This document shows positions 21,501 through 30,749 of a DNA stretch of 64,000 bases, in pieces; within the stretch, counting starts at the first letter, position 1; every line of letters starts with the position of its first letter. Origin of the DNA: Chthoniobacterales bacterium (GTDB lineage Bacteria; Verrucomicrobiota; Verrucomicrobiia; Chthoniobacterales; Chthoniobacteraceae). The stretch is from positions 96,001 to 160,000 of the forward strand of contig JBBQZX010000001.1 in NCBI GenBank assembly GCA_038207335.1, written 5' to 3'. The notes beneath the pieces are model-generated. The model made no database searches, was not told the DNA's origin, and saw only the letters and a list, made by a program, of their open reading frames with translations. The translations under genes and the position numbers were made by a program.

Positions 21501-21765
21501 CCCCACCGCGCAGGCCTTCCTCTTCAACTCCGGCGCACAGCCCGGCAACTACCTCGGCATCATCACCGGCCTCACCGGCAGCGAGACCGGCCTCGACGAC
21601 ATCGGGAACTGGACCCTCAACGCCCAATACGCTGGCAGCGTCTTCGTTTACGACGGCGCTGGCAGCGTCAATCTCTTCCTCATCCCCGAGCCCGGCGCCG
21701 CCCTCTCCCTTCTCAGCGGCATCGGCATGCTTCTCGCCCTCCGCCCCCGCCGCCGGGACTCCTGA
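18517..21765 (+). CDS. PEP-CTERM surface protein with autotransporter-associated beta-strand repeats
   Basis: Signal peptide; G-T-L-T-L-S-G-x-N-S-Y-S-G-x-T repeats; C-terminal IPEP + TM + RPRRR. Confidence 0.9.
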   Translation: MNTKVPTSKPRSVARVVRLAAAVALVVGADASAATAVWNNIGTDFNTGTNWAGGTGLDGIPGTGDNATFNAATPTFQPELSASLTIQGLTYSTSGWLLSSANGSLLSLTNVGTLVASAINATNATGTDTISAGLVLAGAAASTATFTQARGGTLVLSGPITSTNVITGLSLSGAGAGSSTFTLSGSNSYSGNTTIGAANIVVNVNSTTALSSGALAANNSVTLDNTSATAALVLSNNNNINLSGGSLTYTGTAGNSLSFGTGVVTASVLNRSITVNGGTLTIGSLNTDTIARTILKGGVNGTLVITGAAGSNFQGGYTTGSGTTLIGDKASLGTGAISFGGSALQASTPLTGSANKLANVISLTGTGTVSGNNSIEFGGKLTGIAGGSRTLTSSIIGGTLTLNDVDLNSDAGTVRTLTINGAGSTNINGLISSGPGLATHSLILTSTAGVTTFNNAGSTFSGGVNINNAGSTLAFGADSTPSASGSTVTSGPIGTGALTIGNAGTLTAANGARTIANTILFNNVSGTIGGSNNLTLNGAVTWGGSNTITFTNQGLTTFGGPGFTLRNGTGTSPQAQRTLTLAGAGTSVFATPLVNGFTVNGIVTLAGTGLTTFSGDNSYSGLTSVNAGTLRLGSPTALGFGGVSVVAGTTNIASGATIDLNGQASVNERITLNGTGVNANGNLISDNTGAVASVGSGVSALAVTTSGAGYSTAPLVTITGAGAGATAVATLGLTPESFTLNPGDKVYSTAPTVTITGGGGQGAFATAVLSGGTVVGLTITTDARGTAYTSAPTITFSGGTATSGTVDPTGTGNASNFTVTALQITAPGTGYTGTPTVSFDSGAAAATAIASGLLLNGTSDNSIGGAGDILVSGTINGGALNPLTKVGPGTLTIAGNAPYLGATNVNTGTLRVNGTLGTSLVSVASGATLSGTGSVASVNIAPLAFLQGGDGLTPSGALSSGGIVSLSDGAVIRLTLGTGDTHSSLSRTGGTWGFDPTAQAFLFNSGAQPGNYLGIITGLTGSETGLDDIGNWTLNAQYAGSVFVYDGAGSVNLFLIPEPGAALSLLSGIGMLLALRPRRRDS

Positions 21766-21887
21766 GTCCGTCGAGGCCGGCTGGATCGCCGACTAGCTGA
21801 TCAGGCCGGAGAGGATAACCCGAATGGCAGTGGGTCGCGGCTCTTGCTATGCCGCCCACTTTCGCCACGCTCTGCGGGAGAGTGAAC

Positions 21888-22889
21888 ATGCCCGACCACG
21901 ACACCTCCGTACCGAAGCCCCGCCGCATCGACCTCCACGTCCACATGGTCGCGAATGAAGGCGGCGGCAGCGGTGCATGGCTCCGGCTCGGCTCGGCGTG
22001 GCACCGGTGGCTGGCGGGCTTCATGTTGAAACAGCTCGGCATCCCGTCGGCCGCGCTGAAAGGCGACCTCGATACCGCCTACGCGGAGCATCTCCTGCGA
22101 CAAGTGCGCACGGCGGAGTCGCTCGATGCGGTCGTCTTGCTCGCCCACGAGCAGGTCTATGACGCCGACGGCACCCTGCGGCGCGACCTCGGCACCATGT
22201 TCGTGCCAAACGACATCGTCCTCGACCTCGCCCGCAAGCACCCCGAGTTCCTGGCGGGCGTCAGCATCCACCCCGCGCGCCGGGACGCCATTCAGGAACT
22301 CGAGCGCTGTGCCGACGCCGGCGCCGTCCTCATGAAATGCCTCCCCAACTGCCAGAACATCGACTGCTCCGACCCCCGCTACCGTCCCTTCTGGGAGAAA
22401 ATGGCAGCCCTCGGCCTTCCCCTGCTGGCCCACACCGGCGGCGAGCACACCGTCCAGATCGTCCGGCAGGAATATGCCGACCCGCGCCGGCTCCGGCTCC
22501 CCCTGGAGTGCGGCGTCACCGTCATCGCCGCCCATTGCGCCACCAAAAGCGGCCTCCTCGACCGCGACCATTTTGAAGATTGGGCCGCCATGCTCCCCGA
22601 GTTCCCCCGCCTCTTCGGCGACATCTCCGCCCTCGTCTCCCTGAACCGCAGCGGCCACCTCCGCGACTGCCTCCGCCCCGAAATCGCCCCGCGCATCCTC
22701 CACGGCAGCGACTTCCCCGTCCCCGTCCTCGGCCACCGCCTCTGGCTCCAGCGCTGGATCGACACCCCCACCTTCCGCCGCTGCCGCGCCATCGAAAACC
22801 CCCTCGAACGCGACTGGCAGTACAAATCCGCCCTAGGCTTCCCCCCCGAAACCCTCACCCGAGCCGCCACCCTCCTGCGCCCCGCCTGA
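21888..22889 (+). CDS. Amidohydrolase family 2 (TIM-barrel metallohydrolase)
   Basis: DLHVH, SIHP, HTGGEH, AHCA, GSDFP metal-binding motifs. Confidence 0.85.
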   Translation: MPDHDTSVPKPRRIDLHVHMVANEGGGSGAWLRLGSAWHRWLAGFMLKQLGIPSAALKGDLDTAYAEHLLRQVRTAESLDAVVLLAHEQVYDADGTLRRDLGTMFVPNDIVLDLARKHPEFLAGVSIHPARRDAIQELERCADAGAVLMKCLPNCQNIDCSDPRYRPFWEKMAALGLPLLAHTGGEHTVQIVRQEYADPRRLRLPLECGVTVIAAHCATKSGLLDRDHFEDWAAMLPEFPRLFGDISALVSLNRSGHLRDCLRPEIAPRILHGSDFPVPVLGHRLWLQRWIDTPTFRRCRAIENPLERDWQYKSALGFPPETLTRAATLLRPA

Positions 22890-23018
22890 CCCCGGCACCT
22901 CGCAAAAGCGAGCCGTGCGGGGAGCTGGCCGCGTCGGCGCGGGCATCGCGGGTTGCAACTTCGCCCTCCGCGGTCATGCTGTGTGCATTCGTGGATTTCC
23001 CCCCCGCGTTCCCTCCCC

Positions 23019-26000
23019 ATGCGACGTTTCCTCACGCTCCTTTCTGTTCTCGCCTGCCTGCTCGCCCCGCTCCGCGCGGAGCAGGTCATCTTCAGCGAAA
23101 TCATGTACCATCCGCCGGGTGTGAAGCCGGAATACGTCGAGGTCTGGAATATCACCAATACCCCGCTCGACTTCGCGAAGTGGCAGTTCACGGACGGCGT
23201 GAGCTTTACCTTCCCGGACTTCAATGCGGGCAACGCGCAGGATGCTTTTCTGCGGCCGATGGAGCGAATCGTGGTCAGTTCCGCCGACCCGACGACGACC
23301 CGCGCGGCGTATGGCATCTCGCCCGCCGTGCGCGTCTATGGGCCGTGGACCGGCAGCCTCGACAATGCCGGCGAACGCGTGACGCTGAGCGACAAGAACG
23401 GCGTCGGCGTCTGCTCGGTGAAATACAGCAACGGCGGTCGCTGGCCGAAGGCGGCGGACGGCGCGGGGCATTCGCTCGTGCTCCGCAATGAGAACAACCC
23501 GATCGATTCCTTTCACAACTGGCGGCAGAGCCTCGCGATCAACGGCACTCCGGGCGGCGCGGAATTCACCATCACCGAAGCTTTCCCAAACCCCGAAGTC
23601 GCGTCGGGCGCGCTGGCCACGATCCTCGACTACGGCGCGACGTGGAAATACCTCACGCCTGCGAGCGATCCCGGCACGACGTGGCGCAACCTCGGCTTCG
23701 ACGAGTCCCTGTGGCTCAGCGGGCCGGGTCTCCTGGGCTTTGAAAATGCCGCGCTGCCTGCGCCCGGATTGCAGACGACATTCGGCGCGCCGGGGCCGAT
23801 CACTTATCTCTTCCGGAAGACGTTTAACTTCAGCGGCAACACGAACGGCGCATCCGTAATCATCGACCAGATCATCGACGACGGCGTGGCCTATTATCTC
23901 AACGGGACTCCGCTCGGCTCCGTGGGCTACACCCCCGGCGGGCAATGGAATGTGGGCGCCAGCCGAACGGTAGGCGATGCGACGGAGGAGTTGAATGTCA
24001 TCAACGTCCCGGCGTCCGCCTTGGTGAATGGAGCGAACGTGCTCAGCGCGGAAGTGCATCAGGTCAGCAGCGGGAGTTCCGACATGGTCTTCGGTGCGCG
24101 GCTGAAAGTGAGTGCGCCCGCGTCGGTGGTCATCAATGAGGTGAAGCCGGGCGCAGTCGGTCAGGGGTTCGTCGAGTTTTTCAATACCACTGCGTCGCCG
24201 ATCGATCTCAATGGCTACTACCTGTCCGACGACTCGGCGATCCCGACGAAGTTTCGCATCGCCTCCAGCCTAGTCGTCGCCGCGAATAGCTTCGCCACCA
24301 TCGGCTTTGCGGAGTCCAGCCTCGCCGTCGCCGCCACGACGAAAGTCTATCTCACCGCGCCGAATGGCGTCACCACGGTCAATGCGATCAGCGCCGCCAT
24401 GCCGATCGACGGGCGCGCTCTCGGGCGCGATCCGTCGGGCTCCTCGTCGTGGTTCCTCTTCACCACGCCCACGCTAGGCGCGCCGAATATGAGCGTCACT
24501 TCGGAGAGCCTCAGCCTGCGACTGAGCGAGGTGCATTTCGACGCGAGTGGGAACATCGACTGGATCGAGATCGAAAACCGCAGCACCGCGCTGCAATCCG
24601 TCTCCGGCCTGTCGGTGGCCACGGCGGACGATCTTTCAAACAAGATCGCGCTGAACGGCAGCGTGCCGGGCTCGGGATTTGCCAGCTTCGATGTGAGCTT
24701 TCTCGTGGGCGGCAGTGGAAAGGTGAACGTCTATCTCGTCGATGCGCAGGGCAATGCCGCCGGAGCCGCCGAACTCCAGCGCGTGAGTGGCCGCCCGTCC
24801 ATTCAGGCCGTCTATCCGAAAATCCCGGCCGTGCTGCCGAGCTACGAGACGCCGAAGCGCGCCGCCGAGTGGTTTTCCTCGCCGACGGACACCCGCGACG
24901 CGGCCAATAACCCGCCGGTCACCACCAGCATCGTGATCAACGAAATCATGTGCGACCCGCCCTCGGGGCAGGACAACGGCGAATTCTTCGAGCTCTACAA
25001 TCGCGGCGGCGCGCTGGTGAATCTCACCGGTTGGAAAGTGCGCGGCGGCATCGATCTCGACTTCCCCGACGGCACGACCATCCCCGTCGGCGGCTATCTC
25101 GTCGTCGCTGGGGACAAGGCATTCCTCCAGGCGAACTATCCCGGCGCAACCGTCGTCGGCAACTGGTCCGGCAGCCTCGGCAACAACGGCGACTTGATCC
25201 GCATCACCGATGAATATGGCAATCTCGCCGACGAGGTGGATTACAAAGTCGGGGGCGACTGGCCTGTGCTCGCGGGCGGGCTCGGGAGCAGTCTCGAGCT
25301 GATCCACCCTGACATGGATAACAGCCGCGCGTCGGCCTGGCGGGACAGCGACGAGTCGAACAAGACGAGCTTCACGACCTTTACCACCAGCGGCATTTTT
25401 CAGCAGCTCACCACCCTCGGCGCCGTGACCGATTACAAAGAGCTGCACCTCTTTCTTGTTGGCGACGCGCATTGCATCGTGCGCAATGTCACGCTCAAGG
25501 CCAACGGCAACGGAGCGAACATCATCACCAACGGCACCGTCCACGCGACCGACGGATCGAGCGCCACGGGCTGGCTCATGCAAGGCACGCACTGGGCCAG
25601 CTACATCGACAACGGGGACATCCATCTCATCGCCGATGGCCACGGCGACAACCGCCCAAACCGCGCTGAGATCGACGCCACCGCGCTCGTGCAAGGCACC
25701 AATTACACCCTGCAATTCGAGGCGCGCTGGGTCTCGGGAAAGCCCCGGCTCATCGCGCAAACGTGGGATCACAGCATTGGCAAACCTTTCCTCCTCCCCG
25801 TCCCGAACAATCTCGGCACGGCGGGCGCGGCCAACTCCGCGGCCACCGCCACGCCGCCGCCGCAGGTCGATTCCATCTTGCACAACCCGCCGGTGCCCAA
25901 GCCGGCCAACGCCGTCACCGTCACCGCCCGCGTCTTTTCCGCCACGCCGCTCACCTCCGTGCAGGTCTTCCATCGTGCCTCGGATGCGGCTGTGACAGGT

Positions 26001-29000
26001 CCGAACGGATTCGTGGCCGCGCCGATGTTTGACAATGGCACCAACGGCGACGCTGTGGCGGGCGATGGGCTCTACACCGCGACCATCACCAGCCATCAGG
26101 TGAATGGACGCATCGTGCAGTTCTATGTGCGCGCCACCGCGACAGGCGGCGGCATCGGCGAGCTGCCGAAAGAGCCCACGACTTACCCCGCCATGTGGGT
26201 CGTGGACAACCGCACCCTCGACGCGCGCCTCCGCCAGCAGCGCTTCGTCATCGGCCTCTACGAGCGCGACTCCATGGACACCAACAGCGGCCAAAGCACC
26301 AAGTTCCAATACGACTTCCCGCGCCTCTCCAATCACTACCAACGCTGCACCTTCATCCACAACGAAACCGACGTTTATTACAACGCCGAGATACGCAAAA
26401 GCGGCAGCCCTTGGACACGCGCGGATGGCAACGGGCTCGACCGCGGCAAATGGAAAGTGCCTCCCGACCGGGCATTCCGCGGGCGCGACAAATCCACCTT
26501 TGACAACGACGCCGAGAACGGCGCCCGCCATCACAATCGGCTCGTCCGCTACTGGCTCTACGTCCTCGGCCATCCGGCGAATGAAAACGAGTACGTCTAT
26601 AACGTCATCAATACCGACGGGCTGTTCATCCGCGAGGATACCGAGCCTGTGGACGGAGAGCTCGTCTCTCGCGCCTTCCCCAATGGTAGCCAGGGCCAGC
26701 TCATGCGCAGCGACGACGAGTGGTGGTTCCAGGACGACTGGAACCGCAGCAATCGCAACGCCGACTGGAGCTACAAGAACACCGACGAGTCCATCCGCTA
26801 CCACACGGAATGGATCACCCGTTCCCGCGAGACGGAGCAGGATTACAGTTCGCTGATCGAGTTCTTCAAGACCGTCTCGAATGGCTCCTCGACCGAGGAG
26901 CAGCTCAACCGCGTGCTCGATCCCAAGCTCACGCTCATGATGGCGGCGGTGCGCGGCTATGCGTACGACTGGGACTCGCTCACCATCAGCCGCGGGAAGA
27001 ACGGCTTTTTCTACCGCAAGCCCACGGATGGACGCTGGATGTTCCTGCACTGGGACAGCGACCTTGCCTTTCAAGATGCAAACAACGTGGTAGTCGGCGG
27101 GCTCGCCGGCTGGGGCACCTACATCGGCAAGCCGTGGGCGCGGCGGACCTTCAACTACTACCTGACCGAGATGTTGAAGCTCACGACCGGCACGAACGCC
27201 GCGCGCACGCAGGCGTTCTTCGACGCGGAGGAGGCATCAAGCACCGCCTACACCGTGGCGACCTCGTTTTATCAGACCTTCTTCAGCGCCCGGCAGTCGG
27301 TGATCGAGACGGAGATCAACAAAACAATCGGCACCGGCGGCACGGGCAACGCCTTCACTACGACGTTCACAGCGCCAGCCGGCGGCACGACCTCCTCGGC
27401 CACCGCGACGATCACCGGCACCGCGCCGTCGTCAGCCTTCACCATCGTGGTCGTCGGGCATCCCGAGATCACCGTCACGTGGCTCAACCAGACCACCTGG
27501 CGCATCGACGGGCTCGTGCTTGCCTCCGGGCTCAACACTTTCACGCTCCAAATGATCGACGCCGCGGGCAACGTGATCGGCACCACCACCTACTCGGTCA
27601 CCAAGACGGGCAATGCCCTGCCCGTGATGACGCTCGCCATCGGCGCAGCCGCGCAAAATGTCGCGCTCGGAGTCCCGGTCACGCTCGATGCCGCCGGCAG
27701 CTTCGACCCCGACGGCGGCGCGCTCGGCTTTGGCTGGTCGAATACACCGACGAGCGGCGTCGCCGTGTCGCATCCCGTTCCTTCCGGCACGACCGCGGTC
27801 TTCAGCACGCCCGGTGTTTACAACTTTACCGTCACGGGCACCGATCCGGCCGCGGGAGTCAGCCAGTTCACGCGCGAGATCACGGCATACAACCTCGCCG
27901 ACTTCTCGCCATTCAACGCGACGCCACTGGAGGGCTACTGGTCCGCGCAAAACGTCGCACCGCGCAACAGCTACTCCTCCAGCGCATGGTATTCGCTCGA
28001 AGACACGCCCAAGAGCCTCGTCGTCCAGGTGCTAGACGACACCGCAAAGCCCCTCGCTTACTCGAATCCCACGCACCCGCTGCTGCTGCGCCCCCTCCCG
28101 GCCAGCGCGGACTTCGCCCTCCAGACCGACCTCACGCTCGAGGCCCGCCGCACCGGCACCTTTCACACCGGCCTCTACGCGCAGCTCGTGGAATCCGGCA
28201 CCACGGTGCGCTACGCCTTTGGCATCGACGGCGGAAACCTCCTCACCGTGAAGCGCTCGACCGGCGGCACCTTCACCACCCTCGCGACCCCCGCCTCCAC
28301 CGGCTATCAGGCCATCCTGCGCATCCGTCGCGTCGGCAATTCGCTCCGCTTCGACCGTCGCGACGACACAGGGGCATGGGTGAATATCCACACCCTTGCC
28401 ATCGCCGCGGGCAGCACCGCGCAGCAGGGCGGCATCTTCCTCGCCACCACCACGGCGCAGAGCGTCCGCGTCGCCTTCGACTACGTGCTCCTCGCCAATC
28501 CGTCGAATATCACCGCTCTCCTCGGAAATCTCCGCATCACCGAGGTCATGTATCACCCCGAAGCGCCCGGCACCGTGGAATTCATCGAGCTGCGCAACAC
28601 CGGCGCGCAGGCCATCAACCTCAGCGGCGCGCACTTCGACGCGGGCAATCCCTTCGATCCCTACGCCTTCGGCAACGTCACGCTCAGCCCCGGCGCATTC
28701 GCCATCGTCACGAACAGCGCCTCCGCCTTCCAGACGCGCTACGGCTTCGCCGCCACCGCCCAGTGGCCCGGCGGCAGCCTCAATAACATCGGCGAGCGCA
28801 TCACCCTGCGCGACGTGAATGAAAGCATCATCCACGACTTCAGCTACGGAGTCACCGCGCCCTGGCCTGCGACCCCGCACGGCTTCGGCCCCTCTTTGGA
28901 AGTCATCGACACCAACGGCAACTACGCCGACGGGAGCAACTGGCGGCCGAGCTGGGAAATCGGCGGCTCCCCCGGCTTCATCGGCGCCGGGTCCGACACC

Positions 29001-29288
29001 GACGGCGACGGCCAGCCCGATAGCTGGGAAATCCTCTTCGGCACGAACCCGAACGACCCGGGTTCGCGCTTCAAGGCCACATCCTCCGCGAACGCCGGCG
29101 GCCAGCCGCAGGTCACCTTCCCGACCGTCTCGGGGAAGAGCTACCGCATCGACTACTCCGACGGCCTCAATCCGCCGAGCTGGCAGGTGCTCACCACCGT
29201 CTCCGGCACCGGCGCACCGGTGACCTACACCGACAGCACGACGCCGAAGCCCGGGGAGCGCTTCTACACCGTCACCCCGCTACCGTAG
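23019..29288 (+). CDS. Secreted multi-lamin-tail-domain / CotH-kinase protein with PKD-like domain and C-terminal DxDGDG + Ig-like module
   Basis: Signal peptide MRRFLTLL; repeated LTD starts (IFSEIMYHP, VINEV, VINEIMCDP, ITEVMYHP); MFDNGTNGDAVAGDGLY; CotH-like YDWDS...KNGFFY...WDSDLAF. Confidence 0.85.
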   Translation: MRRFLTLLSVLACLLAPLRAEQVIFSEIMYHPPGVKPEYVEVWNITNTPLDFAKWQFTDGVSFTFPDFNAGNAQDAFLRPMERIVVSSADPTTTRAAYGISPAVRVYGPWTGSLDNAGERVTLSDKNGVGVCSVKYSNGGRWPKAADGAGHSLVLRNENNPIDSFHNWRQSLAINGTPGGAEFTITEAFPNPEVASGALATILDYGATWKYLTPASDPGTTWRNLGFDESLWLSGPGLLGFENAALPAPGLQTTFGAPGPITYLFRKTFNFSGNTNGASVIIDQIIDDGVAYYLNGTPLGSVGYTPGGQWNVGASRTVGDATEELNVINVPASALVNGANVLSAEVHQVSSGSSDMVFGARLKVSAPASVVINEVKPGAVGQGFVEFFNTTASPIDLNGYYLSDDSAIPTKFRIASSLVVAANSFATIGFAESSLAVAATTKVYLTAPNGVTTVNAISAAMPIDGRALGRDPSGSSSWFLFTTPTLGAPNMSVTSESLSLRLSEVHFDASGNIDWIEIENRSTALQSVSGLSVATADDLSNKIALNGSVPGSGFASFDVSFLVGGSGKVNVYLVDAQGNAAGAAELQRVSGRPSIQAVYPKIPAVLPSYETPKRAAEWFSSPTDTRDAANNPPVTTSIVINEIMCDPPSGQDNGEFFELYNRGGALVNLTGWKVRGGIDLDFPDGTTIPVGGYLVVAGDKAFLQANYPGATVVGNWSGSLGNNGDLIRITDEYGNLADEVDYKVGGDWPVLAGGLGSSLELIHPDMDNSRASAWRDSDESNKTSFTTFTTSGIFQQLTTLGAVTDYKELHLFLVGDAHCIVRNVTLKANGNGANIITNGTVHATDGSSATGWLMQGTHWASYIDNGDIHLIADGHGDNRPNRAEIDATALVQGTNYTLQFEARWVSGKPRLIAQTWDHSIGKPFLLPVPNNLGTAGAANSAATATPPPQVDSILHNPPVPKPANAVTVTARVFSATPLTSVQVFHRASDAAVTGPNGFVAAPMFDNGTNGDAVAGDGLYTATITSHQVNGRIVQFYVRATATGGGIGELPKEPTTYPAMWVVDNRTLDARLRQQRFVIGLYERDSMDTNSGQSTKFQYDFPRLSNHYQRCTFIHNETDVYYNAEIRKSGSPWTRADGNGLDRGKWKVPPDRAFRGRDKSTFDNDAENGARHHNRLVRYWLYVLGHPANENEYVYNVINTDGLFIREDTEPVDGELVSRAFPNGSQGQLMRSDDEWWFQDDWNRSNRNADWSYKNTDESIRYHTEWITRSRETEQDYSSLIEFFKTVSNGSSTEEQLNRVLDPKLTLMMAAVRGYAYDWDSLTISRGKNGFFYRKPTDGRWMFLHWDSDLAFQDANNVVVGGLAGWGTYIGKPWARRTFNYYLTEMLKLTTGTNAARTQAFFDAEEASSTAYTVATSFYQTFFSARQSVIETEINKTIGTGGTGNAFTTTFTAPAGGTTSSATATITGTAPSSAFTIVVVGHPEITVTWLNQTTWRIDGLVLASGLNTFTLQMIDAAGNVIGTTTYSVTKTGNALPVMTLAIGAAAQNVALGVPVTLDAAGSFDPDGGALGFGWSNTPTSGVAVSHPVPSGTTAVFSTPGVYNFTVTGTDPAAGVSQFTREITAYNLADFSPFNATPLEGYWSAQNVAPRNSYSSSAWYSLEDTPKSLVVQVLDDTAKPLAYSNPTHPLLLRPLPASADFALQTDLTLEARRTGTFHTGLYAQLVESGTTVRYAFGIDGGNLLTVKRSTGGTFTTLATPASTGYQAILRIRRVGNSLRFDRRDDTGAWVNIHTLAIAAGSTAQQGGIFLATTTAQSVRVAFDYVLLANPSNITALLGNLRITEVMYHPEAPGTVEFIELRNTGAQAINLSGAHFDAGNPFDPYAFGNVTLSPGAFAIVTNSASAFQTRYGFAATAQWPGGSLNNIGERITLRDVNESIIHDFSYGVTAPWPATPHGFGPSLEVIDTNGNYADGSNWRPSWEIGGSPGFIGAGSDTDGDGQPDSWEILFGTNPNDPGSRFKATSSANAGGQPQVTFPTVSGKSYRIDYSDGLNPPSWQVLTTVSGTGAPVTYTDSTTPKPGERFYTVTPLP

Positions 29289-29344
29289 AGCGGTCTTAAA
29301 ATGTCGTAGCCGGTGCGCGTTGGGAAGAGCACCCACGATTCGTG

Positions 29345-29398
29345 GCTGGCTGCGCACCAACGGTGCGCAAACATGCCAGCCCAGTGCAACGCCCTGGG
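29345..29398. repeat. REP-like double hairpin
   Basis: TGCGCACC-aac-GGTGCGCA (29351-29369) nested in GCTGGC/GCCAGC, followed by CCCAG-tgcaacgcc-CTGGG. Confidence 0.5.
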
Positions 29399-29483
29399 AA
29401 ACGGATATCCCCGCCACCCACACCCGTGCTGCCGAAGCCGCACTCGCCATCCCTGTAGTTCGGCTGGGTATCCCTCCGCAGCG

Positions 29484-29727
29484 CCTCAGTATCGCCCCGG
29501 CATTCCTCAGTATCGACGAGGGCCTCCTCGGTGTCGGCGAGGGTCTCCTCAGTATCGGCGAGGGTCTCCTCGGTGTCGGCGAGGGCCTCCTCAGTAGCGA
29601 CCAGGGTCTCCTCAACCTGAGGAATGCCGCGACGATACTGAGGAAGGCCAAGTCGATACCGCGGAATGCCAAGCCGATACGAAAATCCCCCGCCCCTGCA
29701 CGGAGGAGCCCCGCGGCGATACCGACG
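29484..29727. repeat. Head-to-head (palindromic) 21-bp tandem repeat array
   Basis: Six direct units starting 29484, 29505, 29526, 29547, 29568, 29589 (CCTCrGTrTCGrCGAGGGyCT); dyad centre CCTCA-acc-TGAGG at 29610-29622; then about five inverted degenerate units. Confidence 0.9.
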
Positions 29728-29831
29728 GCCTGCGCGGGGACATGCCCGACCCCTCCGCGCACAGGGCGGCGCAATTCAGGATGTCGAAATCATGCGCTGA
29801 TTCGACACATTCGCACCACAGCATCCGCTCA

Positions 29832-30692
29832 TCACGTCGCGGCGGGGGCCAAGACGCGCAATTTTCTAGAGGAGATGCGGAAGGTGACGGGGACTTGGGT
29901 GGTGACTTCGCCATCGACTTCGACGGGGACGCGGCTGTCGCTGCGGACGGTGGCGCGTTTGGTCTGGAAGTACTCGACGTCGCGCAGGTCGGTGTGGCGG
30001 CCGACGAGGATCATGCCGATGTAGCGGGCGAGGTCGAGGTAGCCGAGGTTTTTGAAGATGAGGATGTCGAGGAGGCCGTCGTCGATCTTGGCGTCTTTGA
30101 AGAAGGGGAGGGGGCCGCCGTAGTAGCGGCCATTGCCGATGAGGACGAAGGAGCCGTCGATGCCGCGCCCGTCGGCTTCGATGTGGAGGCGGGGCGGGGG
30201 CTGGTAGGCGATCTGGGCTGCAGTGATGAGGTAGCTGAGGGGGCCGAGGGCTTTGCGCGATGCCCGACTGGTGCTGGCGACGACTTGGGCGTCGAGGCCG
30301 ACGCCGGCGAGCTGGACGAAGTATTGGTCATTCGCGCGGCCGAGGTCGATGCGGCGGGTGTGGCCGGCTTCGATGACGGCCCAGGCTTTGCGGAGGTCGC
30401 CGGGGATGCCGAGCTCGGCGGCGAAGACGTTCATGGTGCCGACGGGGAGGACGCCGAGGGTGATGTCGGCTCCGGCGATGCCGTTGACGACGTCGTTGAT
30501 GGTGCCGTCGCCGCCAGCGGCGACGATGGTGGGGTAGCCGTGCTCGACGGCGCGGCGGGCGAGGCCGGAGGCGTCGCCGGCGGCGGTGGTGGGCATGAGC
30601 TTGCAGCGCGGGAGGGCGCGGATTTTCTCACGGACGCGGCCGGCTTTCTCGCCGCGGGCGGCGGGGTTGTAGATGACGGCGATTTCGTCCAT
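29832..30692 (-). CDS. Diacylglycerol/lipid kinase (YegS/BmrU family)
   Basis: IYNPAARG, AGGDGTINDV, LPVGTMNVFA, GVGLDA, NGRYYGG, DDGLLD, VDGE. Confidence 0.93.
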   Translation of the reverse strand: MDEIAVIYNPAARGEKAGRVREKIRALPRCKLMPTTAAGDASGLARRAVEHGYPTIVAAGGDGTINDVVNGIAGADITLGVLPVGTMNVFAAELGIPGDLRKAWAVIEAGHTRRIDLGRANDQYFVQLAGVGLDAQVVASTSRASRKALGPLSYLITAAQIAYQPPPRLHIEADGRGIDGSFVLIGNGRYYGGPLPFFKDAKIDDGLLDILIFKNLGYLDLARYIGMILVGRHTDLRDVEYFQTKRATVRSDSRVPVEVDGEVTTQVPVTFRISSRKLRVLAPAAT

Positions 30693-30749
30693 GGCGCGGC
30701 TGTCGTTTCGGCCTTTTCTTTCTAAAGTCGAGTCGTAACTTCACCGCCC

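Noticed and set aside
17397..21765. Rhomboid as the sorting enzyme for the divergent PEP-CTERM protein
   Set aside because: PEP-CTERM is processed by exosortases, rhombosortase targets GlyGly-CTERM, and this rhomboid seems to lack its catalytic His.
29484..29727. CRISPR array
   Set aside because: The period is only 21 bp with no unique spacers, the array inverts midway, and there are no cas genes in the window.
29320..30024. ORF reading LLSIGEG heptads through the array (and ORFs 29280-29774, 29313-29597)
   Set aside because: Open frames are expected from a stop-poor 21-bp repeat. The longest has a weak start, overlaps the lipid kinase gene antisense and shows no recognisable domain.
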